Below are positions 10,047 through 19,089 of a stretch of DNA of 27,396 bases, piece after piece; positions within the stretch are counted from its first letter, which is position 1; each line of letters opens with the position of its first letter. Made by a program: the position numbers and the translations under genes. Below the pieces are notes generated by a model that made no database searches, was not told the origin of the DNA, and saw only the letters and a list, made by a program, of their open reading frames with translations. Origin of the DNA: a virus (taxonomy: Duplodnaviria; Heunggongvirae; Uroviricota; Caudoviricetes); the IMG/VR virus record IMGVR_UViG_2541047887_000006, one strand, 5' to 3'.

Positions 10047-12272
10047 ATGGCGAAAACTAATTTTCTGATTGGACGCGGCGAATTATTAACCAGCGATATT
10101 CCTGGTCCTAAAAGAGTGCCCGGAAAAGCTGAGGTTTATTCTCTTTACGAATCGAAACAACGTTTATTGCCGCAAATTGCATCTACTATAGAAAATTTTG
10201 ATGATTTACCCAGTCAGGCATGTCCTTATGATTATGCTGTGGCTAAGTTGACGTTGAATCCAAGCTATATTGCACGCTCTTTTTTTCCTGCAAAAATGCT
10301 TAAGTCTACCGGGTTAACGTCTATTGGCAGCAGGACGGTAAAAATTACGCCTCAAAGCTGGAAGCGAAAAGTTACTGTGTCAGAAGTAACTACGACACAA
10401 ATGTTTGTTGCTGGTAAAAGAGAATCCTTCAAAGAGTTACCTCATTGGGTGTCAGAACTCAAAGAGTTTTCTGACGAAGCGATTGATTTTGCACGCATAG
10501 AACGGTTCGATGCCTATTTACCCGAAGAGCGTATTATTACCATTGGTGAGCAGGATTCTTCGTATTTTGAGGTTGGTGTTCATTTACTGCCAGATAATGA
10601 ACAAGACTTGGTTCAGCAACAATTTGTTCAGTTTGCATCAAATTTGAACATCAAAGTACATACTTCATTAGCTTTTACCGCTGGTACATTATGGTTCGTG
10701 CCAATCCAGGCCGATAGAATTACTATTAGTAAGCTTGCGAAATTTACATTTGTACGAGTAATAAGACCGGTTCCAAGATTGCGTGGGATTAGACCAATAC
10801 AAAGGAACTACGGTCCTTTAGCTCAGTGTAAATTACCTGCTGAGGGCCCCGTATCTTCAGAAATAAAAGTTGCGATTCTTGATGGTGGTTTACCATCAGA
10901 GCACGCTATATCGCCATGGTTAAAATCCTATAGAGTTTTGGACGATCATGCAGAGGATGATCCAGACGGTTTAGAGCATGGTTTAGCTGTGTCTTCAGCC
11001 TTTTTATTTGGACCAATAAGTAATAAATCGGAAGCGAAAAGACCATACTCTTATATTGATAACTTAAGAGTTTTGGACAACAAGACCTGCCAAGAAGATC
11101 CGCTGGAACTATATCGAACTTTGGGCTTTATTGAAGAGGTATTGTTGTCTCGCCAGTATCAGTTTATCAATCTAAGTTTAGGTCCAGACCTACCAATTGA
11201 AGATACGGAAGTTCATGCATGGACTTCCGTTATTGATGATTTGTTAAGTGATGGTGAAACATTAATGACTGTTGCTGTTGGCAACAATGGAGAAATGGAT
11301 CGCAAGTCTGGTAATGCAAGAATTCAAGTACCAGCCGATTGCGTTAATGCTCTTGCTGTTGGTGCTTGTGATACAGTTAATGATACGGAATGGAAACGAG
11401 CACCATATAGCGCCATTGGGCCAGGCAGAAGTCCTGGCGTGATGAAACCGGATTTAGTTGCGTTTGGTGGTGACACAGACGAGTACTTTCATGTTTTAGG
11501 TAAAGGTAAGAAGCCTGTAATCATACCCCAGCTAGGAACAAGCTTTGCCTCTCCTTACGCCTTACGAGCAGCTGTTGGTGTTCGGGCAATTTTAGGGAAC
11601 GATTTGAGCCTACTAGCAATCAAAGCTTTGTTAATTCATGCGTCAAAACAGCTTGATCATCCTTGTACAGAAGTTGGCTGGGGAAAACTGCCTGAAGACT
11701 TGAACGACATTATAGTCAGCCCTGATGGTGTTGCCCGTATCGTCTACCAAGGTGAATTGAAACCAGGAAAATACTTACGCGCTTCTCTTCCAATACCTGA
11801 AGGTGGCTTGAAAGGTAGAATAAACTTAGCGGCAACTTTCTGTTATGCAACAACCACTGATCCACAAGACCCAGCTTCCTATACAAAAGCTGGTTTGGAA
11901 GTGACATTCCGGCCAAATGATTCAAAAATCAAAGACGGAAAACAAAATGCTGAAACCAAGGGATTCTTTGAACTGGCCAAATATTCAACTGAAAGTGAGC
12001 GACGTTCTGACATGGGCAAATGGGAGACCGTCTTACATAATTCGAAGAACATGCTAGGTTCAACTCTAAAAAATCCTGTATTTGACATTCATTATAACGC
12101 TCGTGAGGCCGGTGCAAGCATAGCCAGCCATAAGGCAGAAAAAATCAAGTATGCTCTTATAATTACCATTAAGGCATCAAAGCACCAAGACCTGTATAAC
12201 GAAATTTTACGTACTTATAATCAGGTGCTCGTGCCAATTCAACCGCAAACATCAATTCCTATTCGTTCGTAA
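10047..12272 (+). CDS. Subtilisin-like S8 serine peptidase, apparently cytoplasmic; IetS-like by architecture
   Basis: Catalytic Asp in VAILDGG, His in EHGLAVSS, oxyanion Asn in INLSLG, Ser in GTSFASPYA, in canonical D-H-N-S order. No N-terminal signal peptide. AAGGAG RBS 5 nt upstream; 23 nt downstream of the ATPase stop. Confidence 0.85.
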   Translation: MAKTNFLIGRGELLTSDIPGPKRVPGKAEVYSLYESKQRLLPQIASTIENFDDLPSQACPYDYAVAKLTLNPSYIARSFFPAKMLKSTGLTSIGSRTVKITPQSWKRKVTVSEVTTTQMFVAGKRESFKELPHWVSELKEFSDEAIDFARIERFDAYLPEERIITIGEQDSSYFEVGVHLLPDNEQDLVQQQFVQFASNLNIKVHTSLAFTAGTLWFVPIQADRITISKLAKFTFVRVIRPVPRLRGIRPIQRNYGPLAQCKLPAEGPVSSEIKVAILDGGLPSEHAISPWLKSYRVLDDHAEDDPDGLEHGLAVSSAFLFGPISNKSEAKRPYSYIDNLRVLDNKTCQEDPLELYRTLGFIEEVLLSRQYQFINLSLGPDLPIEDTEVHAWTSVIDDLLSDGETLMTVAVGNNGEMDRKSGNARIQVPADCVNALAVGACDTVNDTEWKRAPYSAIGPGRSPGVMKPDLVAFGGDTDEYFHVLGKGKKPVIIPQLGTSFASPYALRAAVGVRAILGNDLSLLAIKALLIHASKQLDHPCTEVGWGKLPEDLNDIIVSPDGVARIVYQGELKPGKYLRASLPIPEGGLKGRINLAATFCYATTTDPQDPASYTKAGLEVTFRPNDSKIKDGKQNAETKGFFELAKYSTESERRSDMGKWETVLHNSKNMLGSTLKNPVFDIHYNAREAGASIASHKAEKIKYALIITIKASKHQDLYNEILRTYNQVLVPIQPQTSIPIRS

Positions 12273-12285
12273 TCCTTCAAGACAT

Positions 12286-12316
12286 AATGCCCCTCAATTT
12301 GAGGGGCATTTCTTTG
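12286..12316 (+). terminator. Rho-independent terminator after the ATPase-protease operon
   Basis: 10-bp stem AATGCCCCTC / GAGGGGCATT, loop AATTT, then TCTTTG. Confidence 0.7.
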
Positions 12317-12341
12317 CACAAAAGTGCACAAATTTGCACAA
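12315..12341. repeat. Three direct TGCACAA repeats at exact 10-bp phasing
   Basis: tgcaca at 12315-12320, 12325-12330 and 12335-12340, followed by a T7 run. Confidence 0.8.
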
Positions 12342-12379
12342 TTTTTTTGAACGACTTTTTGCCCTTCCGGCCCGCATGG

Positions 12380-12500
12380 CGGCTGGATCCGTCAAGGATC
12401 CGTGCGTGCACAAAAAACGCGTTTTTCCTGCGCGCAGGTGACGGGGGAACAGCCCGCGTTTCAGGGGGTAAACAGCATTCCCTGAACGATGTCGCAGAGA
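12380..12500. other. Candidate cos region (cohesive-end site) of the P2-like genome
   Basis: Non-coding stretch between the A-side accessory genes and Q. G-rich block GGTGACGGGGGAACAGCCC at 12437-12455 matches 13 of 19 positions of the P2 cohesive end as I remember it. Position inferred, not verified. Confidence 0.25.
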
Positions 12501-12711
12501 CACAACAGAATGGCCATATTTCTCACGCTGAGCATGAAAAAGGCGTGAGGGCTTTTGATTTGATGGGGTGAAAGGTAAGGCCGTCAAAATCGCACTGAGG
12601 CAGCGAGAACATACAGTCAACGCGGTGGAATTGCGTAAGAGTCTGACCGTCGATGGTGGCGATAAACTGGAAGGCGTCGTGAAATTATCTGATTGATACA
12701 GGAGCTGGAGA

Positions 12712-12740
12712 GCCGGGGCATAAATTTTTTATGCCCCGGC
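12712..12740. other. Perfect 13-bp-stem hairpin (GCCGGGGCATAAA-TTT-TTTATGCCCCGGC)
   Basis: Read directly. No U-run on either side, so not a canonical terminator. Confidence 0.6.
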
Positions 12741-12839
12741 GAAGCAGCAGACAAGCGAAGCGCGTCAGCGATACGGCACCTTGCCGACCATACTTCATAA
12801 GTGCAAAATACGAGCAAAGAAATCAATGGAGGCTGTCTT

Positions 12840-13364
12840 ATGGTCATTAATTACAAGCAGTTAAGAGAAAAACGGGAGCAGGTAAAGGAGAGCTTTCGCC
12901 GCAATGAAGATCTGACCCCGCTTGTACGCCTTGCCCAGGGCATTGTTGATGCTTATGAAATCTCGCTGGAGCTGCCATCACAGACCTGGACAGATAGCGA
13001 CGGTAATCGCCAGCATTACGTTTCATGCGGACTGGAAGCAGCCGAAGGATTTCGCAGAATGCCTTTATCCCAGATCCCTGCCGCTACCCCCAAAGCACGG
13101 GGCAGCAATGATGAGCGAAAACTGACTTTTAGTATTGAAACGGTGGTTGACGACACACCTGGCGAAGTCGCGTTCGTGCACACGCCTGTTTCGATCGCAA
13201 TGTATAACGATGAAATACAGGTTCGCGTTAATAATAATATCGTGCCACTTAAAGAAGGTAATTCACCCTACACCACCGTTTGTGAAGCCATTCAATATTA
13301 CGTTCTCTCTGAAATTGATAATCTCAAGCCTGACGGCACCCAGAAAATGGTTCAACTCTGGTAA
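12840..13364 (+). CDS. Hypothetical moron protein (174 aa), convergent with Q
   Basis: ATG 12840 with GGAGG 7 nt upstream. Bracketed by the hairpin at 12712-12740 and the bidirectional terminator at 13370-13395. Confidence 0.6.
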   Translation: MVINYKQLREKREQVKESFRRNEDLTPLVRLAQGIVDAYEISLELPSQTWTDSDGNRQHYVSCGLEAAEGFRRMPLSQIPAATPKARGSNDERKLTFSIETVVDDTPGEVAFVHTPVSIAMYNDEIQVRVNNNIVPLKEGNSPYTTVCEAIQYYVLSEIDNLKPDGTQKMVQLW

Positions 13365-13369
13365 AAAGG

Positions 13370-13395
13370 ACAGCCCCATCACGGGGCTGTTTTTT
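13370..13395. terminator. Bidirectional rho-independent terminator shared by the moron (plus) and the P-Q operon (minus)
   Basis: Stem ACAGCCCC / GGGGCTGT, loop ATCAC, T6 on plus and T5 on minus. The Q stop codon lies in the loop. Confidence 0.7.
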
Positions 13396-14425
13396 CATCA
13401 AGAAGAGCATAAGAGTTAAAACGGATCACCTCTTCGCCAAGCCAGTCATTGATGTGCTTCATAGCCTCCATGACGGGCATCAGCTCGTTAATTGCGTAAA
13501 CCCGCGCTGCCTTCTCCACATCGCCAAACGCACTTTTTTCGCCCGGCATCGCCCCCATCAGTTGCGGCGGAACGCGGTGCGCAGCCAGCACATCATCACG
13601 GGATGCCGCCTTAACATTCATGAATTCATCTTTTGCGGTGATCTGCTGGAACGGCAAAATTTGCACCCCCTCTTTGCCCCCGTTGGGCGCATGAATGAGC
13701 ACGTTTTTAAACGCACCACCACCACGTGCCCCCTGTAGCGTTTCTTTCAGGGAGTCCATGCTTTCGCGGTTTACCTGCGCTGCACCGATGTAGATAATGC
13801 ACCCGGCGTGGGATCCGTTGTCGTAGTACAGTTTTCTGAACATGTCCGCCGAATGAGAAAGGCTGGCCGAGAGTAATGCGCCAAGATATTCCGGCATGCC
13901 GTAGATTTCCTGGTTAATATCCGGATTCATCAGGTGGCACACTTTGCCAGGACGAAACTGAAACGCGTCCTTGCCATCCTGCACATACCACCATGATTCA
14001 AGATCGCTTCCGCGTCGCATGTATTTCGCCAGGGCGTGCCGTAATTTAAGCGGTTCGCCGAGCATATTGCTTCGAAGCTCAAGGAATGCGTTACCGAACA
14101 CAAACCAGTCCAGCGCCAGCGCCGAGAAATCCTGCCGGGAAAGCAGCGGGTGCGGGATGTAGCAACCGAGTAATACATTGCGCTTAAAGTAAAGCGCAGA
14201 CTGATGCCAGGACGTTTGCCGGGCTGCTCTTGCCAGACCGTACCAGTCCACCGGGGTTTCATACCACCGCCCGTTATCAGCACAGTACATATTGTCCAGC
14301 AGGTCATGCCCGGTCAGGCGATAAGGACCATCAAATGTGAATGCACTGAGCGATGATTCTTTCCTGAGCGCATCAGCGAGATCAATGCGTGAACTCATGC
14401 GCACTTTTTTATTTTTTCTGCTCAT
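13379..14425 (-). CDS. Q: Portal protein
   Basis: 348 aa matching P2 gpQ pattern (HNGRWYETPV, FVFGNAFLE, PDINQE, HAG.I.Y). ATG overlaps the P stop (TGATG). Confidence 0.92.
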   Translation of the reverse strand: MSRKNKKVRMSSRIDLADALRKESSLSAFTFDGPYRLTGHDLLDNMYCADNGRWYETPVDWYGLARAARQTSWHQSALYFKRNVLLGCYIPHPLLSRQDFSALALDWFVFGNAFLELRSNMLGEPLKLRHALAKYMRRGSDLESWWYVQDGKDAFQFRPGKVCHLMNPDINQEIYGMPEYLGALLSASLSHSADMFRKLYYDNGSHAGCIIYIGAAQVNRESMDSLKETLQGARGGGAFKNVLIHAPNGGKEGVQILPFQQITAKDEFMNVKAASRDDVLAAHRVPPQLMGAMPGEKSAFGDVEKAARVYAINELMPVMEAMKHINDWLGEEVIRFNSYALLDEKTAP

Positions 14426-16176
14426 CAGAACTCCATAACCGTGAAACGCTCGTTTTCTCCTTCGCCGCCAATTGGTTCGTTAATGACAGCAAGCATGGTT
14501 GCCCACGCAAGGTCGCCGTGGCTGATCCCCCTCGCGCGGTCCGTTTCGTAAGTGATAAAGCCGCCCGGTGTTTTCACCTTACGCACGGCGTTAAAGGCTG
14601 CGACCAGCTCGCGTTCGGCGCGATCGTATTCCCACCGCCCGGCACGCATTATTTGCAGCATTTTCAGTACCAGCGACCGTTTTGATGACAGCGTGAAGGT
14701 GTACGGAATAGCAGCAGGGAAAAACCGTTTCACTATCTGATAAACAGCCTCCCCGTTCCCGCCTGTCACATCAATGCCGATGTGTTCCACGTTGTAGCGA
14801 CACGTGAACTCTTCAATGACTCTGGCCTGTTCTTCAAACTCCAGCCCCTGAACGCGTCGCGTCTCCACCGTTCGAAAACGGCCGCCAGGAACAGCCGGAG
14901 GAACCACCACGGACACAGCGCCGCTGTCGCCGTTTCCACTGCTGCCGTTTGCGTCATACCCAATCCATACCGGACGATTCCCCATCGGGCGGGGAGCAAA
15001 AGGTTTCCAGTCTTTCCAGTCGTCGTATCCGTCAACACCGCAGCCAATCAGGATATTCAGGTTAAATGCCGATTCCCCTTCGCGGACAAACTCACACATA
15101 TAGAGATTGAGGAACTCGTCTTCGGTGTTTTCATCACGAATTTCGTCGATATCGGTGTGTTTCCAGCCGTGATTAACCACATCTTCCAGCGTGACAATTT
15201 GCCGCCACGTCCGGTCAGGGCAGATAAGCCCGTTATGCAGCGTTTTCCAGTCCACAGAAAAACGCTGGCGTTTATGCGAGGCCTTTTTCTCGTTCCAGCG
15301 GTCGCCGTTCCAGTAGGCGTATGCCTCGTGCGTTTCGGTGGATGGCGTGGAGAAGTAGGTGCGCCGCAATCCGCTGAGGGTTGCCATAGCGCCAGCCACC
15401 TTGCGCAGTTCAGCAAAGCGACTGACCCAGAAAAATTCATCAAAATAAAAATTGCCCGTATAGGACTGCGCCGACGCAGCAGAAGTGCCGAGAAAATGCA
15501 GCTCTGCGCCGTTGGAGAGGATGATTTTATCGCCCCCTTTCAGCTCCACATCAACTTCAGCCGCAGCCTTCTGAATAATGCTTTTAAACTGGAACGCCTG
15601 ACGACGCGACGCAGACAAAAAAATCTGGTTACGCTGGTAAGGTTGCGCCACATCGTCACGCAGCGCCATCAGCAGTGCTTCCTGTGCAAAATACCAGGTC
15701 GCGCCAATCTGTCGGGATTTCAGGATCATCCTGTTACGTATCCCGGCTTCCCTGCAAAGGGTCAGGGAGTCAAACCAGCCCCGCTGATGCCACTCCAGCC
15801 TGCTGATGATTTTTTCCCGCAGTGCGGCAATCTGTTCCGGCGTGAAATGATTTTTGAGTTTTTTCGCCCGGCCTTTCTTTCCTGTGGCCGTCGCATCCGG
15901 CTGGCCATCATGCATTTTTTTAAGCTGCCGGGTCAGCAGGTCTATTTCCTTAAAGTCACCGCCTGTTTTATTCTGTTTTTCAGTAAGCTGGATGAGGCGC
16001 GCATCGATGGACTGCGTGACACGCTGCACGGGTGGCGTTTCATCCCACTGGTCGCGTTTTTTCCACGCATAAATCGTGTTCGGGTTTATTCCCATCAGAC
16101 GTGATATTTCTGCGGGCGGATAACCCTGCCAGTAAAGTTGCCGCGCACGCTGGCGCACAAAAGCGTCCTGAATCAT
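14425..16176 (-). CDS. P: Terminase large subunit
   Basis: 583 aa immediately upstream of Q and divergent from O, matching the P2 gpP position and size. Confidence 0.9.
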   Translation of the reverse strand: MIQDAFVRQRARQLYWQGYPPAEISRLMGINPNTIYAWKKRDQWDETPPVQRVTQSIDARLIQLTEKQNKTGGDFKEIDLLTRQLKKMHDGQPDATATGKKGRAKKLKNHFTPEQIAALREKIISRLEWHQRGWFDSLTLCREAGIRNRMILKSRQIGATWYFAQEALLMALRDDVAQPYQRNQIFLSASRRQAFQFKSIIQKAAAEVDVELKGGDKIILSNGAELHFLGTSAASAQSYTGNFYFDEFFWVSRFAELRKVAGAMATLSGLRRTYFSTPSTETHEAYAYWNGDRWNEKKASHKRQRFSVDWKTLHNGLICPDRTWRQIVTLEDVVNHGWKHTDIDEIRDENTEDEFLNLYMCEFVREGESAFNLNILIGCGVDGYDDWKDWKPFAPRPMGNRPVWIGYDANGSSGNGDSGAVSVVVPPAVPGGRFRTVETRRVQGLEFEEQARVIEEFTCRYNVEHIGIDVTGGNGEAVYQIVKRFFPAAIPYTFTLSSKRSLVLKMLQIMRAGRWEYDRAERELVAAFNAVRKVKTPGGFITYETDRARGISHGDLAWATMLAVINEPIGGEGENERFTVMEF

Positions 16177-16330
16177 TGCTCCCCCTGAGTAATTACAGGA
16201 AGATTACCCGCGCGCGAAACCGTTCTCCTTAACCCCCTGTTCTGGCCGTTTTCTTACAACAAAAGCCATTTGTATCAGCCTGTTACGCTTTGCCATCATG
16301 ACTGAAGAACCAGTCAGAGGGGCAAAAACT
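16177..16330. promoter_or_regulatory. Divergent late-promoter region between P-Q and O-N-M-L operons
   Basis: Inferred from P2 organisation. I could not find a canonical TGT-N12-ACA activator dyad (only TGT-N15-ACA at 16238-16258). Confidence 0.35.
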
Positions 16331-17167
16331 ATGGCTAATGAAAAAAAGACATCCCGCAAAAAGTTTCGCGTGGCTGTCTCCGGATCAACTGTTGATGGCC
16401 GCGAAATCAGCCCGGTACATCTGCGTGAAGCCGCCGAGAACTTCAACCCGGATGTTTACGCTGCCCGCGTGAACGTTGAGCACTATCTCTCGCCATGCCC
16501 GTCAAGCGAATTTTCCGCAATGGGCGATGTCACCGCGCTGAGTACGGAAGATATTACGGAAGGCCCGCTGGCCGGACGTACTGCGCTGTATGCAGAAATC
16601 GAACCGACCGAGCGCATGAAGCAGCTTGTCGCTGACGGCAAGAAAATCTATTCCAGTATCGAACTGCACCCGCAGTTCTCCGTTAACGGGCGCGCCTATC
16701 TGGTCGGGCTGGCGATGACCGACACCCCGGCAAGCCTGGGCACTGAGCGCCTGAAATTCACGGCACAGCAACGTCAGGCGGTGATGACGTTCAACAGTAT
16801 CCAGGGTGAAGCGCCGCTTATCTCCGAAGCCATTGAGTCTGAAATCATCGAAATGGCAGAACAACACCAGGAAGAAGGCACCCAGTGGTTTAACCGCGTA
16901 ATGGGGATTATTGGCCGTGGCCGCAAAGCGGATGACGCCAGTTTTTCCCGTATTCAGGAAGCGGTGGAAGGCGTCGCAACGTCACAGGCCGACATTATCG
17001 ACCGTTTTAATGTGCTGGAAGCCCGCCATAAGCAGGACCGTCAGAAAATCACGTCACTGACCACAGAGCTGACAGCACTGAAGGAAAAACTGCGCACGCA
17101 GGACGGCGATCCGCAGAACCGCTTCACCGCAACGGGCGCAGCCTCCGACCAGCTGGCTGACTTCTGA
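16331..17167 (+). CDS. O: Capsid scaffolding protein
   Basis: ATG 16331 with GAGGGG upstream aligns with the P2 gpO N-terminus (MAKKVSKFFRIGV vs MANEKKTSRKKFRVAV). Track ORF starts 33 nt earlier at 16298. Confidence 0.85.
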   Translation: MANEKKTSRKKFRVAVSGSTVDGREISPVHLREAAENFNPDVYAARVNVEHYLSPCPSSEFSAMGDVTALSTEDITEGPLAGRTALYAEIEPTERMKQLVADGKKIYSSIELHPQFSVNGRAYLVGLAMTDTPASLGTERLKFTAQQRQAVMTFNSIQGEAPLISEAIESEIIEMAEQHQEEGTQWFNRVMGIIGRGRKADDASFSRIQEAVEGVATSQADIIDRFNVLEARHKQDRQKITSLTTELTALKEKLRTQDGDPQNRFTATGAASDQLADF

Positions 17168-17190
17168 TAAGACAAAGGAGCAAATTTTTT

Positions 17191-18243
17191 ATGAATCTGG
17201 TGATGTCAGATATTACCCGCAACAAGCTGGGTTGCTATATGGCGCAGCAGGCGTCGCTTAACAATATCCCGGTATCTGCACTGGTATCGCGATTTACCGT
17301 GGAACCCGCGGTGCAGCAGCGTTTTGAAAACGCCTCAAAGGAAAGTACCGAATTTACGAAAAGAATTAACGTGATCGGCGTGACCGACCAGAAAGGCGAA
17401 AAAATCCTCCTGGACACCACCGGGCCAATTGCGCGCACGAATAGCAGTTATGACGGCATCAAACGCCGTAACCCGAATAACGTGATCGATATGAAGTCTC
17501 GTCAGTACCAGTGCGAACAGGTGAACTACGATACCTTTATTTCGTACCCACAGCTTGATACCTGGGCGGCCCACAGCGATTTTCAGTCCCGTATCAGTAC
17601 ACAGATCGCCCGGCAGGTAGCGCTTGATCGCATCATGATTGGCTTTAACGGCACATCCCACGCCTACGAGTCTGATTTTCACACCAACAAGCTGCTTCAG
17701 GACGTTAACGTGGGCTGGCTGGAGCACATCAGAACCGATGCCAGCGAGCGCGTAATGAATGACGTGACGCTTACCTCCCGCAACATGGACAACACTGTGG
17801 CGCACGCGGGTAAGTATGCGAATGCCGATGCTCTGGTACAGGATGCGCGCTCATCCCTGCTGGATGAATGGCACAAGGAAGCTGACGACCTCGCGGTGAT
17901 TATGGGGCGCAACCTGTTTAACTCGCTGCGTCTGCCCGTGCTGAACAGCATCAGCGGCCAGAATCCCAATGCGGAATTACTTGCCGGGCAGCTCATCCTG
18001 TCATCGCGCACCATTGGCGGGCTGGGCGTGTTCCTTGCGCCGTTCTTCCCGGATGCAACGATGCTTATCACCTCGTTCAACAACCTGTCGATTTACTGGC
18101 AGAAAGGTTCAATGCGTCGCCTGATGAAAGACGAGCCGGAATACAACCGCATCGCCACCTACCAGTCCATCAATGACGCTTATGTCGTTGAAGACTATGG
18201 CAAGTGCGCGATGATCACTGGCCTGAAGTTCGCCGACAGCTAA
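17191..18243 (+). CDS. N: Major capsid protein
   Basis: 350 aa with clear similarity to P2 gpN (FTVEP, GFNG, VGWL, DAMLIT, NLSIY, YVVEDY). AAGGAG RBS. Confidence 0.93.
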   Translation: MNLVMSDITRNKLGCYMAQQASLNNIPVSALVSRFTVEPAVQQRFENASKESTEFTKRINVIGVTDQKGEKILLDTTGPIARTNSSYDGIKRRNPNNVIDMKSRQYQCEQVNYDTFISYPQLDTWAAHSDFQSRISTQIARQVALDRIMIGFNGTSHAYESDFHTNKLLQDVNVGWLEHIRTDASERVMNDVTLTSRNMDNTVAHAGKYANADALVQDARSSLLDEWHKEADDLAVIMGRNLFNSLRLPVLNSISGQNPNAELLAGQLILSSRTIGGLGVFLAPFFPDATMLITSFNNLSIYWQKGSMRRLMKDEPEYNRIATYQSINDAYVVEDYGKCAMITGLKFADS

Positions 18244-18252
18244 TCAACTCAC

Positions 18253-18271
18253 GGCGGGCATCATGCCCGCC
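18253..18271 (+). other. Stem-loop between N and M (GGCGGGCA-TCA-TGCCCGCC), possible attenuator or RNA-stability element
   Basis: Perfect 8-bp GC-rich stem with no following U-run. Confidence 0.4.
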
Positions 18272-18288
18272 TGTAACGGAGAGAAAAA

Positions 18289-19089
18289 ATGATTACTCCT
18301 GCACAACAACACTGGCAGAACGTGATGGCACAGCGCGCAGGCCGGGCGAATGAAGGTGTGGACCACGCCGCGCGTACCGCGCATGAAGAGGTGCTGTATC
18401 GTCTGCGTCTGGCACAGGCCAGGCTAAAGGGCGTACAGGCCAGAAGCGCGAAAGCCGCCATCAAAAAAGAGTTGTTGCCGGATTTTTCCGGCTGGATTGA
18501 GGGAACGCTGGAAGCTGACGGCGGGCAGCAGGATGAAGTGATTGCCACGCTGATGGTGTGGGCGATTGACTGCGGCGATCTTCCGCTGGCGCTGCGTATT
18601 GGTGCATATGTGGTCCGTCACAACCTCATCATGCCGGATAACTTTGGCCGTACTGCTGCCACGGTACTGACCGAAGAAATCTGCAACCCGGTACTGACGC
18701 AGGCCGGGACGGATGCCGACGCGGATTTATCCGCCTTTATCGAACCACTGGACACACTTTGGGAAATTGTCGCCAACCAGGACATGCCGGACGAAGTGCG
18801 CGCCAAATTATGCAAGGCGTGTGCCTTTGCCCGTCGTGGCCTGACCGATGCAGACAACATGGCCTCATCACTGAAGCTGCTGCGCGAAGCGATGCACCTG
18901 AACCCGAACGCAGGTGTGAAACGCGAGATTGCAACCCTTTCCCGCGCCCTGAAAAAAGCCGATTCCGCAGCCGCACCAGAAGACGCCAGCGCACAGCAGA
19001 CGCAGGACGAAAGCAGCAAAAGTAAAAAGACAACGCAGAAGCCTGCAACACGAAAAATCACCGCGTCGCAGAAGGCGAAGCGCGGTTAA
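18289..19089 (+). CDS. M: Terminase small (endonuclease) subunit
   Basis: 266 aa with P2 gpM-like motifs (KKELLP, DMPDEVRAKL, NAGVKREI) and a basic C-terminal tail. Confidence 0.88.
   Translation: MITPAQQHWQNVMAQRAGRANEGVDHAARTAHEEVLYRLRLAQARLKGVQARSAKAAIKKELLPDFSGWIEGTLEADGGQQDEVIATLMVWAIDCGDLPLALRIGAYVVRHNLIMPDNFGRTAATVLTEEICNPVLTQAGTDADADLSAFIEPLDTLWEIVANQDMPDEVRAKLCKACAFARRGLTDADNMASSLKLLREAMHLNPNAGVKREIATLSRALKKADSAAAPEDASAQQTQDESSKSKKTTQKPATRKITASQKAKRG

Noticed and set aside
12287-12620. Overlapping ORFs of 94 and 108 aa on both strands in the cos-proximal region
   Set aside because: No RBS, low-complexity translations, and they overlap the terminator and repeat elements; more likely non-coding cos/packaging DNA.
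14782-16104. 440-aa plus-strand ORF
   Set aside because: Entirely antisense to the terminase large subunit gene P, which has clear homology and operon context.
16177-16330. Search for the canonical Ogr-type TGT-N12-ACA late-promoter dyad
   Set aside because: Only TGT-N15-ACA found (16238-16258); I cannot claim a specific activator site, so only the region is annotated.
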